Below, in pieces: positions 1-10,245 of a stretch of 64,000 nucleotides of DNA. Origin of the DNA: an uncultured virus (IMG/VR IMGVR_UViG_3300043540_000465). Lineage: Duplodnaviria; Heunggongvirae; Uroviricota; Caudoviricetes. The notes beneath the pieces are model-generated. The model made no database searches, was not told the DNA's origin, and worked only from the letters and a program-made list of their open reading frames with translations. Numbering within the stretch: position 1 is the first letter of the stretch; every line of letters begins with the position of its first letter. Position numbers and translations under genes: made by a program. Location of the stretch: the IMG/VR virus record IMGVR_UViG_3300043540_000465; one strand, given 5' to 3'.

Positions 1-2
1 GG

Positions 3-1214
3 GCGTGGGGCATTGGTGGCGCCGGCAACAACGAAGGCTACGTCGACGGTCGCAGCATCAACTATGGTGGGGGAGCGGTGCGGTTGCTTGAGGCGCCGCC
101 GCCGACGATCGCGCAACCGGCACCGCCTAATCCGAACCCGTGGTGGTACATGCCGTCGAACCTGATCCATCGCCACGTGTGGGCGCCCGACCTGCGACGA
201 TGGGACTGCAATCACGACTTCCCATGGTCGCCGTCGCAGGGCAACTCCAAGTACTTCTTGATGTGCCCGTGGGTGCTCAACTGGACTGACTGGCACGCGC
301 TCGACGCGCTCTGCCGGAGCGCACCCGACTGGGCCACCGCGCTGGTGCAGCGCGAGCTAGAAGCAACGCAGCTGGATGCCATGCTCACTGCATGGCCGGC
401 GTGGCGCCGTGTGCTAAATGCCTACGCGAGCACCTGGGCGGTGCAGCCGCCGTGGAGCAACATCAACGCTTATCTGGACGTCGAGGCGTTCCAGTTGATG
501 GGCAAGGCGCCAGAGGCAACCGTGGACCCGCGCAACACGCCCCCACCGGATCCGGCGTGGACGGACTCATCGGTGTCCGCGACGTTTACGCTCCGCGAAC
601 GAGACGTGCTGCTGGCGGTGTTTGAGCAGTATCTCGCCGATAGCCCGAGCAGCACGGGCCTGCCTGCGGACATGACCACGGTAGTCTGGTTCAGTCGGTT
701 GGGTAACTGCAGCAGGTACCCCTACTGGACGAGCAACAACACCAGCGTCTTGGACTGGAGCCAGATCGGCATAACGCGCGAGATGGCCGACGGGATCATC
801 GATCAAGCCGTCTACGATCCGCTGTGGGGCGCGGAGCCGTTCCACGCGCTCCACGCCGCCGCGGTCACCTTCCTGAGCGAGCTGTCACGGCAGGGCGTGC
901 TCAAGGAGAGCAATCCGCCGGGCGAGTTCTACAACTATGCCCAGACGGTGACGTACGGCGCGAATACCGTGTTCGACTACTACTGGCGGGTGTGGGGCAA
1001 GGAAGCGGCGGCGCCACCGCCAGATCCGCAGACGGATGGCGGTGCCTTCCGCGACATTCTCCCTGCGATGGATCCCATCTCCCGCTTCCATTCGGAGTAC
1101 TGGCAAGCGAGTGTGGACGCCGTCGGGGGAACGAATAAGCCCAGCGATAGCCTGATGATGCACTTCTTCATGGCCAGCGCGCTGATGTACTACATGGGCC
1201 ATCGAGGTTACTGA
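3..1214 (+). CDS. Hypothetical Trp/Pro-rich protein, probably virion structural; 5' end runs off the window
   Basis: The frame of ORF 78..1214 stays open back to base 3. Its stop overlaps the next start (TGATG). No recognisable motif. Confidence 0.7.
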   Translation, partial: AWGIGGAGNNEGYVDGRSINYGGGAVRLLEAPPPTIAQPAPPNPNPWWYMPSNLIHRHVWAPDLRRWDCNHDFPWSPSQGNSKYFLMCPWVLNWTDWHALDALCRSAPDWATALVQRELEATQLDAMLTAWPAWRRVLNAYASTWAVQPPWSNINAYLDVEAFQLMGKAPEATVDPRNTPPPDPAWTDSSVSATFTLRERDVLLAVFEQYLADSPSSTGLPADMTTVVWFSRLGNCSRYPYWTSNNTSVLDWSQIGITREMADGIIDQAVYDPLWGAEPFHALHAAAVTFLSELSRQGVLKESNPPGEFYNYAQTVTYGANTVFDYYWRVWGKEAAAPPPDPQTDGGAFRDILPAMDPISRFHSEYWQASVDAVGGTNKPSDSLMMHFFMASALMYYMGHRGY

Positions 1215-2140
1215 TGCCGCTGCCTTCAATCACTCCCTACAGCCCGGCGCAGCGTGTCGTCTTCGATGCACTGCTGGCGGGTGCGCCACCGGCCAACATT
1301 ACCACGGTCTTGGACTTTCTCGACCAAGTGATCTACAACGAACGCGACGTGATGTACAACGGCCTGCTAGCGGCGCCGACTACGCCACCAGATGAGCCGG
1401 TGACGATGCTCACCGACGTCGCCAATGCGTTGATTCACTTCGGCCCGGTAGGTTTCGCGTACCTGATCGAGCGGTTCTCTGTAGGCACGGGCGGCGTCGA
1501 CCTGCTGAACCCCCGATTGATTACGCCGGTAGATCCCACCGCGACCGGGCTGGTAAACGAGGTCTACAGCGACCTGCTGCTAGCCGAGCGGCAGATCAGC
1601 ATCAGCAGCTTCGTCGGCGGTACCAAGCCAAACGAGAGTGATGTGAATGCGGCGGCGGCGGTGCAGGGGGTGTACTACTTCGACATCCGTGCGGTGACGT
1701 TCATCGACCCAACGCACGCGACGCTGGATGTAGACGTGACGCCGCAAGGCAGTGCAGTCATCCATCTGACTGGGATTCCGTTCGATCCGTCGGCGCCAGG
1801 CGACATCGTGGCCTTGACAGTGAGCCCCAGTCTGTGGCATAATGTATCGGTAGCGATGATTCTAAGTTGGACGCCACTGATCACGCACTGGTATCTGCGC
1901 GTGCTGAACATTCCGATCATCGAGCGCCCGTCCGCGACGGCGATTGCAATTCCGTGCCGGATTCCGCAGCAGGCGCTGCGCTTCGGCTTGGGCGAGCTGG
2001 CCACGTGGGCACGGGTTACCGAAAACGGTACGCCCCTGCACCCGGTAGGGTCTACGTTCCTGTTCACGATCACGCACTTTCCGCTGCTGTGTGCTGTCGA
2101 CGCCACGGTGCATCTGCATCGCGTCGTGGTAAATCTGTAG
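1214..2140 (+). CDS. Hypothetical protein, possibly tail/baseplate-associated
   Basis: 308 aa ORF translationally coupled to the upstream gene; lies upstream of the tail genes. Confidence 0.6.
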   Translation: MPLPSITPYSPAQRVVFDALLAGAPPANITTVLDFLDQVIYNERDVMYNGLLAAPTTPPDEPVTMLTDVANALIHFGPVGFAYLIERFSVGTGGVDLLNPRLITPVDPTATGLVNEVYSDLLLAERQISISSFVGGTKPNESDVNAAAAVQGVYYFDIRAVTFIDPTHATLDVDVTPQGSAVIHLTGIPFDPSAPGDIVALTVSPSLWHNVSVAMILSWTPLITHWYLRVLNIPIIERPSATAIAIPCRIPQQALRFGLGELATWARVTENGTPLHPVGSTFLFTITHFPLLCAVDATVHLHRVVVNL

Positions 2141-2200
2141 AGCGCGACCGTCGGGTGCGCTTGTAAAGACCCGACACCCGGATTACCAAAGGACGAGACG

Positions 2201-3919
2201 ATGAACCTGCGCGACACGATTGCGGCCTTCAAGCAGAAGACGCTGCAGCCGGTATACAACCTCATGCGGCGGGGCCTAGCTCGCACCGGCGCCCCCACCA
2301 TCGACGCGGTGACCCAGCAAGTGGCCGTGGGCGCCGCCTACTATGTGGCGGGGCGGTGGGATGACCAGCAGTTCGAAGAGCTGCTGGTCAAGGAAGTCGT
2401 ACGCGTCCTCCGCCGCGCAGGCGCCCCCCGGGCGTGGCTGGACAAGGTGCGTACGGCCCTGCGCGGGATGCTGGGGTTCTTCGCCGGGCACTACGGTACG
2501 GCATTGAGCAGCGCCATCCACGAGGCGCTGCTGTTACACCATCCCATCTATGAGATGTTTACCATCACGGTCGGACACCAGACCATCCACGTGGCGACGG
2601 GGCGCGTGGGCACGCCCCAGGTTACGCTCACCGGCGATGCCACGTTGCTGGCGCAGGTGCTCACCGGCATGCCGGTAAATGAGGCGCTGAAGCAGCCGCA
2701 GAAGTTCCGTACCTCCAGCCCCGAAGACGTGATCCGGTTTGTTACGGCGCTGGCGCCGGTGCCCGCAGTTAGTCTCGACCTGGAAGAGACGCTGCGGGCG
2801 TTGCCGCGGCGGGTGGACGCCGAGCGGATGCACAACCTGCACATGGTGCTGCTGCTCAATGCTGAGACCGGTGCCAGTCAGGACCTGCGCTACCGCATGG
2901 AGCTGGCCGCGCGCAAGCATGGCGTCCCGGTAGAGGATGTGGCCTGGGTGTTTGAGTTGCTGAAAGCGGCCCCTACGGCGCCGTGGGTCACGCATCCACT
3001 GGCCGATGAGCCCGAGAAGGAAGTCGAAGACGCGGACGAAGATTCCAGCGATACCCGCGCCAAGAAGCAGCAGGCGCACCCGCAGGCGCCCGAGCCGGAG
3101 ACCAAGGATCTCACCAAGGAGCACATCAACACACTGTGGGAAACGGTACGCGACCGGCTGCCGCGGGCCATGGAAAAGTACTTCAACGCCTGGACCGCGG
3201 CATGGGATGTCGACGGCAAGTTCCACTCCACGCGTGTGTTCCCCAACCGCTCCGGCCGCGTGCAGTTCGGCATCGACCTGGACAGGGCACGCATCGTCGT
3301 ACCACTGAGCGCCCGCAACTGGTCTAATGCGCAACTGGCGGATGGCCTGGTGGAGATCGCGGTGCTGCACTTCGTGACCTCCACCCAGATGCTGGTGCCG
3401 GCGAAGATGGATCGCTTCCTGACCAAGTACGTCAAGGAAGCCGACATCGCCCGCGTGATCGACAACCTCAACGAGCTGGCGCAGGTGGTCATCAAGGAGG
3501 ATCAGGAGGCGCACTCGCTGATGGATCTGGACCGGCAGCTGCGTGAGCGCTTCGGCGATCCGCAGGCGGCTACGGTAGCAGCCGAGTGGATGGCCAAGCA
3601 CAGCAACTCGCTGCTCACCAAGCTTAGTGATCGGCGCATGATCCCGCTGTTCACCAAGTGGCTGGTAGAGGCGCTGCAGGACATCGTCGCCAATCGGCGG
3701 GTGCGGCCGGATGTACCGCAGGTCATCGTCGACTTCATCATGCAGGTCTTCGTACTCATCGGCTCGTCGGCGTGGAAGCGTGACGTGCTGCACCAGAGTT
3801 TGCAGCGCATCGCCGCCATCGAGCAGCAGCTGCAGATGCTCATCGATGCCGGGGTGGGCGAAGCCCGCGAGTTGCTGGCCCAAGTGCAGAGCATCAAGCA
3901 AGCCCTACCCAACCGGTAG
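2201..3919 (+). CDS. Hypothetical protein (572 aa) with a central acidic linker
   Basis: Long ORF with GC-rich third codon positions; AAGGA-like RBS upstream. Confidence 0.75.
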   Translation: MNLRDTIAAFKQKTLQPVYNLMRRGLARTGAPTIDAVTQQVAVGAAYYVAGRWDDQQFEELLVKEVVRVLRRAGAPRAWLDKVRTALRGMLGFFAGHYGTALSSAIHEALLLHHPIYEMFTITVGHQTIHVATGRVGTPQVTLTGDATLLAQVLTGMPVNEALKQPQKFRTSSPEDVIRFVTALAPVPAVSLDLEETLRALPRRVDAERMHNLHMVLLLNAETGASQDLRYRMELAARKHGVPVEDVAWVFELLKAAPTAPWVTHPLADEPEKEVEDADEDSSDTRAKKQQAHPQAPEPETKDLTKEHINTLWETVRDRLPRAMEKYFNAWTAAWDVDGKFHSTRVFPNRSGRVQFGIDLDRARIVVPLSARNWSNAQLADGLVEIAVLHFVTSTQMLVPAKMDRFLTKYVKEADIARVIDNLNELAQVVIKEDQEAHSLMDLDRQLRERFGDPQAATVAAEWMAKHSNSLLTKLSDRRMIPLFTKWLVEALQDIVANRRVRPDVPQVIVDFIMQVFVLIGSSAWKRDVLHQSLQRIAAIEQQLQMLIDAGVGEARELLAQVQSIKQALPNR

Positions 3920-3922
3920 TCC

Positions 3923-4078
3923 ATGCCGCTCATCCCCCGCTGTCTGCTCGCCGTAGCGTGCTACGGGTTCGTGCTGCTAGGTGGATGGATCCCGATCACG
4001 CTAGTGCTGCTGGATCCGCATACCTGGCTAGCCCTCGACTACCACAGCAACATCACCGACTACCCACCCACCCGATAG
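3923..4078 (+). CDS. Small putative membrane protein (51 aa, MPLIPRCLLAVACYGFVLLGGWIPITLVLL...)
   Basis: ATG 3 nt after the previous stop; one hydrophobic segment; too short for the ORF track. Confidence 0.4.
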   Translation: MPLIPRCLLAVACYGFVLLGGWIPITLVLLDPHTWLALDYHSNITDYPPTR

Positions 4079-4125
4079 TCGCTGTGCCGCCGCTTTCCCA
4101 CTAGACCTACTCCTATCTTTGTAGC

Positions 4126-5079
4126 GTGGCTACTACCGACCCCACGCCCACTACCGATGATGTGCTAGTGTTTGCGGATATTCCGCGCACGGCACAGGAC
4201 CAAGTCGAAAGCAGCATCACCGACTTCTCTACCCGTGCGGCCAAGTTGGCAGTGCTGGCGTACGTCAAAGAGTTCATTGACGGGCGCTTCCAGCACGTGA
4301 TGCGCGCGCTCGCGGATCGCATCGAGACCTTCACCACTGACACCATTCCCGCTACCGTCGACCAGGAACGCCACTACCTGATGCTGGCGCGCAAGGTAGC
4401 GACGCTGTATCAGCATCTGCCCGCCATCGTGGTGGTGGATTCTGGCACCACCATGAACCAGCCTGGCATCGGCTCCTACGACAAGAGCGAACAGCGCGAC
4501 GGGAAGATCTACCTGCGGCAGAACCGCATCCTCGACATTCCCCTGGAAGTCATCGTCGGCGCAGCCCGCGAAGATACCTGCGACGACATCTTCGATGGCG
4601 TACTGACGATGTTCGAGAATCGCACGCTGGTGGGATCGACCATCTCGGGCAGTAACTGGGTCGTGACGCTACCGCTCACCTACTCGCAGGGAGCGCGCAG
4701 CACTCAGCCGATGCCCGACGATCAGACCGGCTCCCAGGTGTTTGCTATTCGCAGCTTGACGTTCACGCCGCGGTTCGAGTTGTGGTACTACCACACCGTC
4801 AACCGTCTTGCCGACCCTAAGCTGCACGGCATGGCCGACCGCCCACACCCGCCGCGGCACTTTAACTACCCACCCCGCGTGCGCATCACCCAAGGCGCGG
4901 TGAAAGTACAGGCGTTCAACTACCCTGTGGGCACGGTGTTTCGCTCTGATCGCAGCGACATTGCGTTGTTCACCCCCGATCTGTACATCGTCCCCAAGCA
5001 GCTGGGCACCTGTCGCCTGTTAGCGACCGGGCCGCACGAAGAGTTCAAGGAAGAGTACCCGCTTACGGTTACGCTCTAG
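4126..5079 (+). CDS. Putative tail completion / sheath terminator protein with C-terminal Ig-like segment
   Basis: Directly upstream of the sheath gene. LPAIVVVDSG resembles tail-terminator motifs; C-terminus is beta-rich (FRSDRSDIALF...GTCRLLAT...VTL). Confidence 0.5.
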   Translation: MATTDPTPTTDDVLVFADIPRTAQDQVESSITDFSTRAAKLAVLAYVKEFIDGRFQHVMRALADRIETFTTDTIPATVDQERHYLMLARKVATLYQHLPAIVVVDSGTTMNQPGIGSYDKSEQRDGKIYLRQNRILDIPLEVIVGAAREDTCDDIFDGVLTMFENRTLVGSTISGSNWVVTLPLTYSQGARSTQPMPDDQTGSQVFAIRSLTFTPRFELWYYHTVNRLADPKLHGMADRPHPPRHFNYPPRVRITQGAVKVQAFNYPVGTVFRSDRSDIALFTPDLYIVPKQLGTCRLLATGPHEEFKEEYPLTVTL

Positions 5080-5164
5080 CTCATACGTAAGGGGCTTATC
5101 TTTAGTAGGACCAGTGTACGAGCGTCCCTGAGCTGATGCTCACGCCATAGCGCGGAGGAGACCA

Positions 5165-8100
5165 ATGGCAGTTTCGAGGCTTTCTACTACTCGCTGGGTT
5201 CCCCCAGGAAGCTACATCGGCCGCAAGAGCACCCCGCGACCAGCAGCGCCCGTGCTCAACCCGCGCAAGGTGTGTTTCGTGGGCCGCGGGCATCGGCTCA
5301 AGGTACTGCGCAACGTCGAGATGAAACGCAGCTTCATCTACGACGAGCAGATCTTCTTCCCGGTGGCCCCGCCGTACCGGGCGCAGCTGCGCCACACCTG
5401 CAACGCGGACCAGACGGTGGCCACGCTCAAGCTGCAGGATGGCAATCTCGTACGGACGTCGTCGTGGCGGTTTGAGAACACGGTAGACCCGGCCACCAAG
5501 GTGATCACGGCGTCCTACCTGATCATCGATCCCAACGACTACAGTCCGACGAACAGCTACTACCTGTCGTACCAGTCATTGGACCCTGACGTCTACGACC
5601 GCATCCCCTTCTGGCCCAACGACCAGGGGATGGAGATGCGTGGGGTGCTGGCGATGGGCAATGAACCGAATCAGGCTACCTACATCGAAGACCTGATTCA
5701 GTACGATCCCACCAAGCGGGGCGACTACCGCATCGTCATGAACTATACCTCACCCGCCGACATCACCGACTACCCGGCGGCGCGCGTGCAGCTAGCCGAC
5801 AAGTACAACATGGTTCCGTCGCCAGGCTACGACGACACGCCGCCGCGCACCGAGTTCGTGGTCGACATCGACTACCACCGCGTCGGCTACTACACCTTCA
5901 AGTGCACCAACATCGTCACCATCGGACTCACCACCACGGTGACGATAGACATCACGGTGCCGGGCAGCGCTACGGTGCAGACCATGGATCTGGTCTACAC
6001 CACGACCACGGATCCGGATCCCACCACCATCGACTCGCAGCTGACGTGGAACGCCACACGCGTGGTACTCAACGGCTTTCGCTATCAGACGGCGGTGACC
6101 AACTGGGTAGGTGCTGGCACACAACTGCTACCCACCGAGGTGGCCCATGTCGATCCTGCGGCGGGTATCTACAGCCTAGCGGTCACCACCAACGGTGCGG
6201 GCAACTTGGTGATCCAGGTGACGCCCCCCGGAGGGGCTCCGGTCTACTCGGTCGGCACTACTTACAATCCAGCGGACCCGCCGGCGACGGTGGTACCCGT
6301 GGTGGTCGCCCCGGGCCTACTCAACATCAACCCCACCGTTGGCACGGTGTTGACGTGGGTCGCGGGTGTCGAGGCCTGGGACATTGAGCTGCCCACCTAC
6401 TTCCAGGTGCAGATCCAGGACTGGGGCGTGCTGGGCTACCACGTGGACGGCGCGGGCCAGCGCGACTGGACCTACACCGCCAAGGACACGCGTAGCACCA
6501 CCTTCTACCTCGCACCGATTGGGTCAGTGCACCGCACGGGACCGTTGCCCACAGATCCGGTGGATTGGGTGCAGTTCACCTACAGCTCGACCACCATGGA
6601 AGGTGGCTTCGGCTCGGTCACGGTCGCCCGCGACTCCACTGTGTGGGATGCGCTGTTCGCGCTGGGCGTACCCGATCTCGCGCCCGGGGACTTCACCGAG
6701 TTCGACTTCAAGGACGGCATCAAGCTCAAGATTACGGATCCGAATGCGCTGGTGCCGGGCGAGAAGTGGGTGTTCACTATCACCAACGAACATCTCGTGG
6801 ACTGGTCGCCTCTAGCCGAGCGCACCGAGATCTTCTCCCCGGATGAGGTGTACACCGACTCGCTGGGCACCATCACCGGCACCCCGGGTGCGCCCTACAT
6901 CATCCTCAACAGTGTGCCGATGCAGTTCAACCAAACCGGCACCATCGTCAACATCATCGATCTGGGCGGCTCGCCCAACCAAGTGCGCATCGTGACCAGC
7001 GTCTCGCACTCGCTGAGCGCCGGGGCCACGGTCACGCTGGCGGGCACCACGCACTACAACGGCGCGTTCCTCGTAACCAATGTGGCGTCGCCGACGACGT
7101 TTGATATCGAGCATCTGTACGTCGGCTACGAAGCCGGTACGTGGACCTCGCCGCTGCCGCTCGATCCACGCAACCTCACCATCGTGGACGACCTGGGCCA
7201 CCCGGTCAGCTACCTCATCCCCCATGACAACACCGGGGACGTGCGGCTAACGTCGTACTCGCAGGGGCGGACGCTGACCGCGACCTACTACACGCGGGGC
7301 AACGAACCGGCCGCGGGCGCGACCTACTACGGTACCTTCACCGTGATTCGGCCGCAGAGCGACTACAACTCGGTGATCACCTCGTACTCGCCAGACGACT
7401 CGGCCAACCTGCTGGGACCGATGGCGGTCAACAACCACCTGGCGATCATGGCGGAGATCGCGTGGACCCAGGACACGGTGCCCCAGGCCATCTCGTGGGT
7501 GCAGGTGAAGGACGAGGACTCCGACGGCATCTACACCACGCGTGACTTCGCCAATGCGCTGATGGCCGTACGCAAGGCCCCGGCGGACGTCACCGACATC
7601 GTGGTGCTGTCGCACTTCGAATCGCTGTCGGACATGAAGTCCACGGTGATCTACCGCAACGACCCGTTCATCAAGCGGGCGGGGTTGGGATGGCAGGGCA
7701 TGCCGGCCATCCACTTCATCAAGGGCAGTGGCCAGGGCATCGGCTCCAGCGACGAAGAGGATGCGGGCTCCATCGTCTATACTGCGACTAACTCGCTGCA
7801 GACCTACAACGACTCGCCGGGTCGCGGGTCGTTCATCGCGATCGCCAACACCTGGGGCAAGCGCACCATCGTGACCGAGGATGGCAGCACCACGCAGGTG
7901 CTGCTGGATGGCTCGTTCCTGGCGGGCGCCGCCGCATCGCTGGTCACCAGCTTCGGGCGGCCGGAAGAGACCATCATTCGGCGGGCCATCCGTGGCTTCG
8001 ACGTCATCGACACGTTCGACGACAGCGAGATCCTGCGGGTGGGGGCGGCGTCGACCACCTACATTATCAAGGATGGGGACAACTACATCTTCGGCGAGTC

Positions 8101-8488
8101 GGTGACGGTGGACAAGGGCGAACCTGCTCTCAACGAGATCAGCGGGCGCACCCAAGAGCAGTTCGTGACGCGGTACATCAATGCCCAGGTGGATCAGCAG
8201 TTGGTGGGCTTCGTCCCGGAGAACGCTGACATCGGCGCGGCCATCGTGCAGAGCTTCATCGCCAGCGCCATCGGCCAGCTGCTCAGCCTCAACTACATCT
8301 CGGACTACCTGGACGACACCACGCGCAAGGTGCGGGAGTTCGATCCCAACACCGACGTCCAGGCCATCGCCGACGAGAACGACGCCCGCATCTACTACTT
8401 CAACTACTTCTACTTCCTAAGGTACCCGGGAAAGAGGTTCTTTGGGCTATACAGCGTGGATCGCAATCTGTTCGCGACCGCGAGCTAG
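5165..8488 (+). CDS. Contractile tail sheath protein (1107 aa, with large inserted beta domains)
   Basis: N-terminal WVPPGSYI resembles the sheath PGVY motif. The C-terminal domain (GSFLAGAAASL...GESVTVD...LNEISGRTQEQFVTRYIN...LVG) is sheath-like. GGAGGAG RBS; tube gene lies downstream. Confidence 0.85.
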   Translation: MAVSRLSTTRWVPPGSYIGRKSTPRPAAPVLNPRKVCFVGRGHRLKVLRNVEMKRSFIYDEQIFFPVAPPYRAQLRHTCNADQTVATLKLQDGNLVRTSSWRFENTVDPATKVITASYLIIDPNDYSPTNSYYLSYQSLDPDVYDRIPFWPNDQGMEMRGVLAMGNEPNQATYIEDLIQYDPTKRGDYRIVMNYTSPADITDYPAARVQLADKYNMVPSPGYDDTPPRTEFVVDIDYHRVGYYTFKCTNIVTIGLTTTVTIDITVPGSATVQTMDLVYTTTTDPDPTTIDSQLTWNATRVVLNGFRYQTAVTNWVGAGTQLLPTEVAHVDPAAGIYSLAVTTNGAGNLVIQVTPPGGAPVYSVGTTYNPADPPATVVPVVVAPGLLNINPTVGTVLTWVAGVEAWDIELPTYFQVQIQDWGVLGYHVDGAGQRDWTYTAKDTRSTTFYLAPIGSVHRTGPLPTDPVDWVQFTYSSTTMEGGFGSVTVARDSTVWDALFALGVPDLAPGDFTEFDFKDGIKLKITDPNALVPGEKWVFTITNEHLVDWSPLAERTEIFSPDEVYTDSLGTITGTPGAPYIILNSVPMQFNQTGTIVNIIDLGGSPNQVRIVTSVSHSLSAGATVTLAGTTHYNGAFLVTNVASPTTFDIEHLYVGYEAGTWTSPLPLDPRNLTIVDDLGHPVSYLIPHDNTGDVRLTSYSQGRTLTATYYTRGNEPAAGATYYGTFTVIRPQSDYNSVITSYSPDDSANLLGPMAVNNHLAIMAEIAWTQDTVPQAISWVQVKDEDSDGIYTTRDFANALMAVRKAPADVTDIVVLSHFESLSDMKSTVIYRNDPFIKRAGLGWQGMPAIHFIKGSGQGIGSSDEEDAGSIVYTATNSLQTYNDSPGRGSFIAIANTWGKRTIVTEDGSTTQVLLDGSFLAGAAASLVTSFGRPEETIIRRAIRGFDVIDTFDDSEILRVGAASTTYIIKDGDNYIFGESVTVDKGEPALNEISGRTQEQFVTRYINAQVDQQLVGFVPENADIGAAIVQSFIASAIGQLLSLNYISDYLDDTTRKVREFDPNTDVQAIADENDARIYYFNYFYFLRYPGKRFFGLYSVDRNLFATAS

Positions 8489-8502
8489 CCTACGGAGCCG
8501 AC

Positions 8503-9035
8503 GTGACCTGGGATCGCGCCAAGAACTTGCTGGTGTGCGCGACGTGTGGCAAGCGTCGGCACACCGGCAGCAGTCACACGCACGAGCAGCGGTGCGTGGT
8601 GTGCGACGGCAAGTTCTGTCACCCCAGCGTCGTCAAGCAGACCTGCTCACCCACGTGCCACAGCGTACTAGCGTCCAAGTGCGGACACGCCACCAACCAA
8701 CACCGCAGCGCGTGCTGTCTGTGCGGCAAGACCATGCGCAGTCATCACAACGGCGCGCACCAGATCAAATGCGTCGAGTGCGGCATGCGGTTCTGCGCAC
8801 CAGCGTACGTGCGTGGTGTGCGAGCAGCCGTTCTGCAGTGCCAGTCGCAACGCTGCGGAGCCTGGGCGTGCGGGTGAAGCTGGGCCACTCGGTGTACATG
8901 GGACATCACCTGCTCATGATCCATCAGGACGACTTCAGCAAGGCGCTGAAGGTGATGAAGGACTACCGCATGACGTTCCTCGACACCTTCCGCCAGTTCT
9001 TCAAGAGTTTCCGGTCAGAGTACAAGCTCAAGTGA
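8503..9035 (+). pseudogene. Cys/His-rich zinc-finger protein, possibly frameshifted into the tail segment 8875..9035
   Basis: Several CxxC motifs in 8503..8877; a protein-like tail (VKLGHSVYMGHH...FKSFRSEYKLK) continues in another frame. Confidence 0.4.
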
Positions 9036-9042
9036 GGCGACC

Positions 9043-9345
9043 ATGATCCCACCCCGGACTCTTCGCTACCAAGGTCAGCTATACGTCCTCGCGGATGCCG
9101 TCGAGAAGGACGCGATAACATCGCAGCCCATCGAGCGGGCCATGATTCGTATCAACGACCTGATCAGTCGGGGTCAGGATCCAGTGGCCGGGACGAAGCG
9201 GCGGCTGGAAGCCACCTTCGACCGCGACAAGATCATGGGTATCGAGCAGGCCGCGCTGATCACGGCCAAGCAGGCCAAGAGCCCCGCGCTCAAGAAGGCG
9301 TGGGAAGACGTGGCCGCTGCCGCGCGCAAGAAGTACAAGGCTTAG
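9043..9345 (+). CDS. Small protein carrying the shared leader (MIPPRTLRYQGQLYVLA)
   Basis: GAGG RBS and ATG; leader motif. Confidence 0.75.
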   Translation: MIPPRTLRYQGQLYVLADAVEKDAITSQPIERAMIRINDLISRGQDPVAGTKRRLEATFDRDKIMGIEQAALITAKQAKSPALKKAWEDVAAAARKKYKA

Positions 9346-9405
9346 CATGGCCGCCCCCAAGCTGATCAAAGCTAGGGCTGGCCGGCTGGCAGAAAGACAA
9401 GTAAC

Positions 9406-9696
9406 ATGACCACGCCGCGCACACTGCACTACCTCGGGCAACGGTACCTCCTCGCCGACGCTGAAGTCACGCTGGAGTTCGCGTTCCCCAACGCGGATGC
9501 GGCCGAGCAGTTCTGGCCCGCGCTGGAGCGGCTAGACCTCAACACCGCGACCGAGACGCGCAACAACCACGCGGTGGTAACAGCGCCGGCCGCGGCTGTA
9601 GCGCAGGTCGTGCAGCTGGCACAGCAGTACGGTGGTACCCCGCGGCCAAGGTGGCAGACACGGCGCCGTCGCACAAGCGCTGACCGCAGTACGTAA
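9406..9696 (+). CDS. Small protein carrying the shared leader (MTTPRTLHYLGQRYLLA)
   Basis: Leader motif; the 3' end may be frameshifted. Confidence 0.65.
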   Translation: MTTPRTLHYLGQRYLLADAEVTLEFAFPNADAAEQFWPALERLDLNTATETRNNHAVVTAPAAAVAQVVQLAQQYGGTPRPRWQTRRRRTSADRST

Positions 9697-9788
9697 GCAC
9701 TTCGACCGCGTCATGACCGAGCCGGAGCAGACGTAGCTTTGGCCTATTTTAGTACAGACACAGATACGAGCGTTACCAGGAGACGCCC

Positions 9789-10196
9789 ATGCCACTGATC
9801 ACCAAGAAGCACCCGCTCGCCACCTCCACGGTCGTGCGTCGCGTCAAGGACGGAGCGTTGGTGGGGTTCATCAAGCGCATCCACACCGAGGAAGGCTGGC
9901 TGGAACGCTACAAGGTGGATCGCAAGCTACACGTGGCCACCACCGCGGAGGGCAAGCCGCGGATCGTGCGCGAAAGCATCGCCGGTAAGTACGAAGTCAT
10001 CACCGGCGTACCGCCGTTCATCAAGGTGCGGGATCCCAAGAGCGGCAGGCTCAAGCTGTTCCGCCGCGCGGATGTCATCCCCACGCCGCCGGCCCCCGTG
10101 CCAACGCCACCACCGGATGACACCAAGCATCCAGCACAGATCAAGGTGGGTGGCCATCGCTACATACGTGAGGATCTGGTGCGCAAAGACAAGTAG
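9789..10196 (+). CDS. Hypothetical protein with internal/C-terminal copies of the leader-like motif
   Basis: AGGAG RBS; PPFIKV...LFRRAD and HPAQIKVGGHRYIRED. Confidence 0.75.
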   Translation: MPLITKKHPLATSTVVRRVKDGALVGFIKRIHTEEGWLERYKVDRKLHVATTAEGKPRIVRESIAGKYEVITGVPPFIKVRDPKSGRLKLFRRADVIPTPPAPVPTPPPDDTKHPAQIKVGGHRYIREDLVRKDK

Positions 10197-10245
10197 CACC
10201 ACTTTTACTGTTGCGCTTACTCTGATCACTGAGACGAGGTAACCG

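Noticed and set aside
1120..1645. Similar peptides VGGTNKPSDS and VGGTKPNESD in two adjacent genes
   Set aside because: Short match with no flanking similarity; could be chance.
2534..3901. Long minus-strand ORFs (also 7247-8155, 40619-41800, 42695-44017, 53217-54413, 61413-62372)
   Set aside because: Antisense shadows of GC-biased plus-strand genes, with no motifs or RBS.
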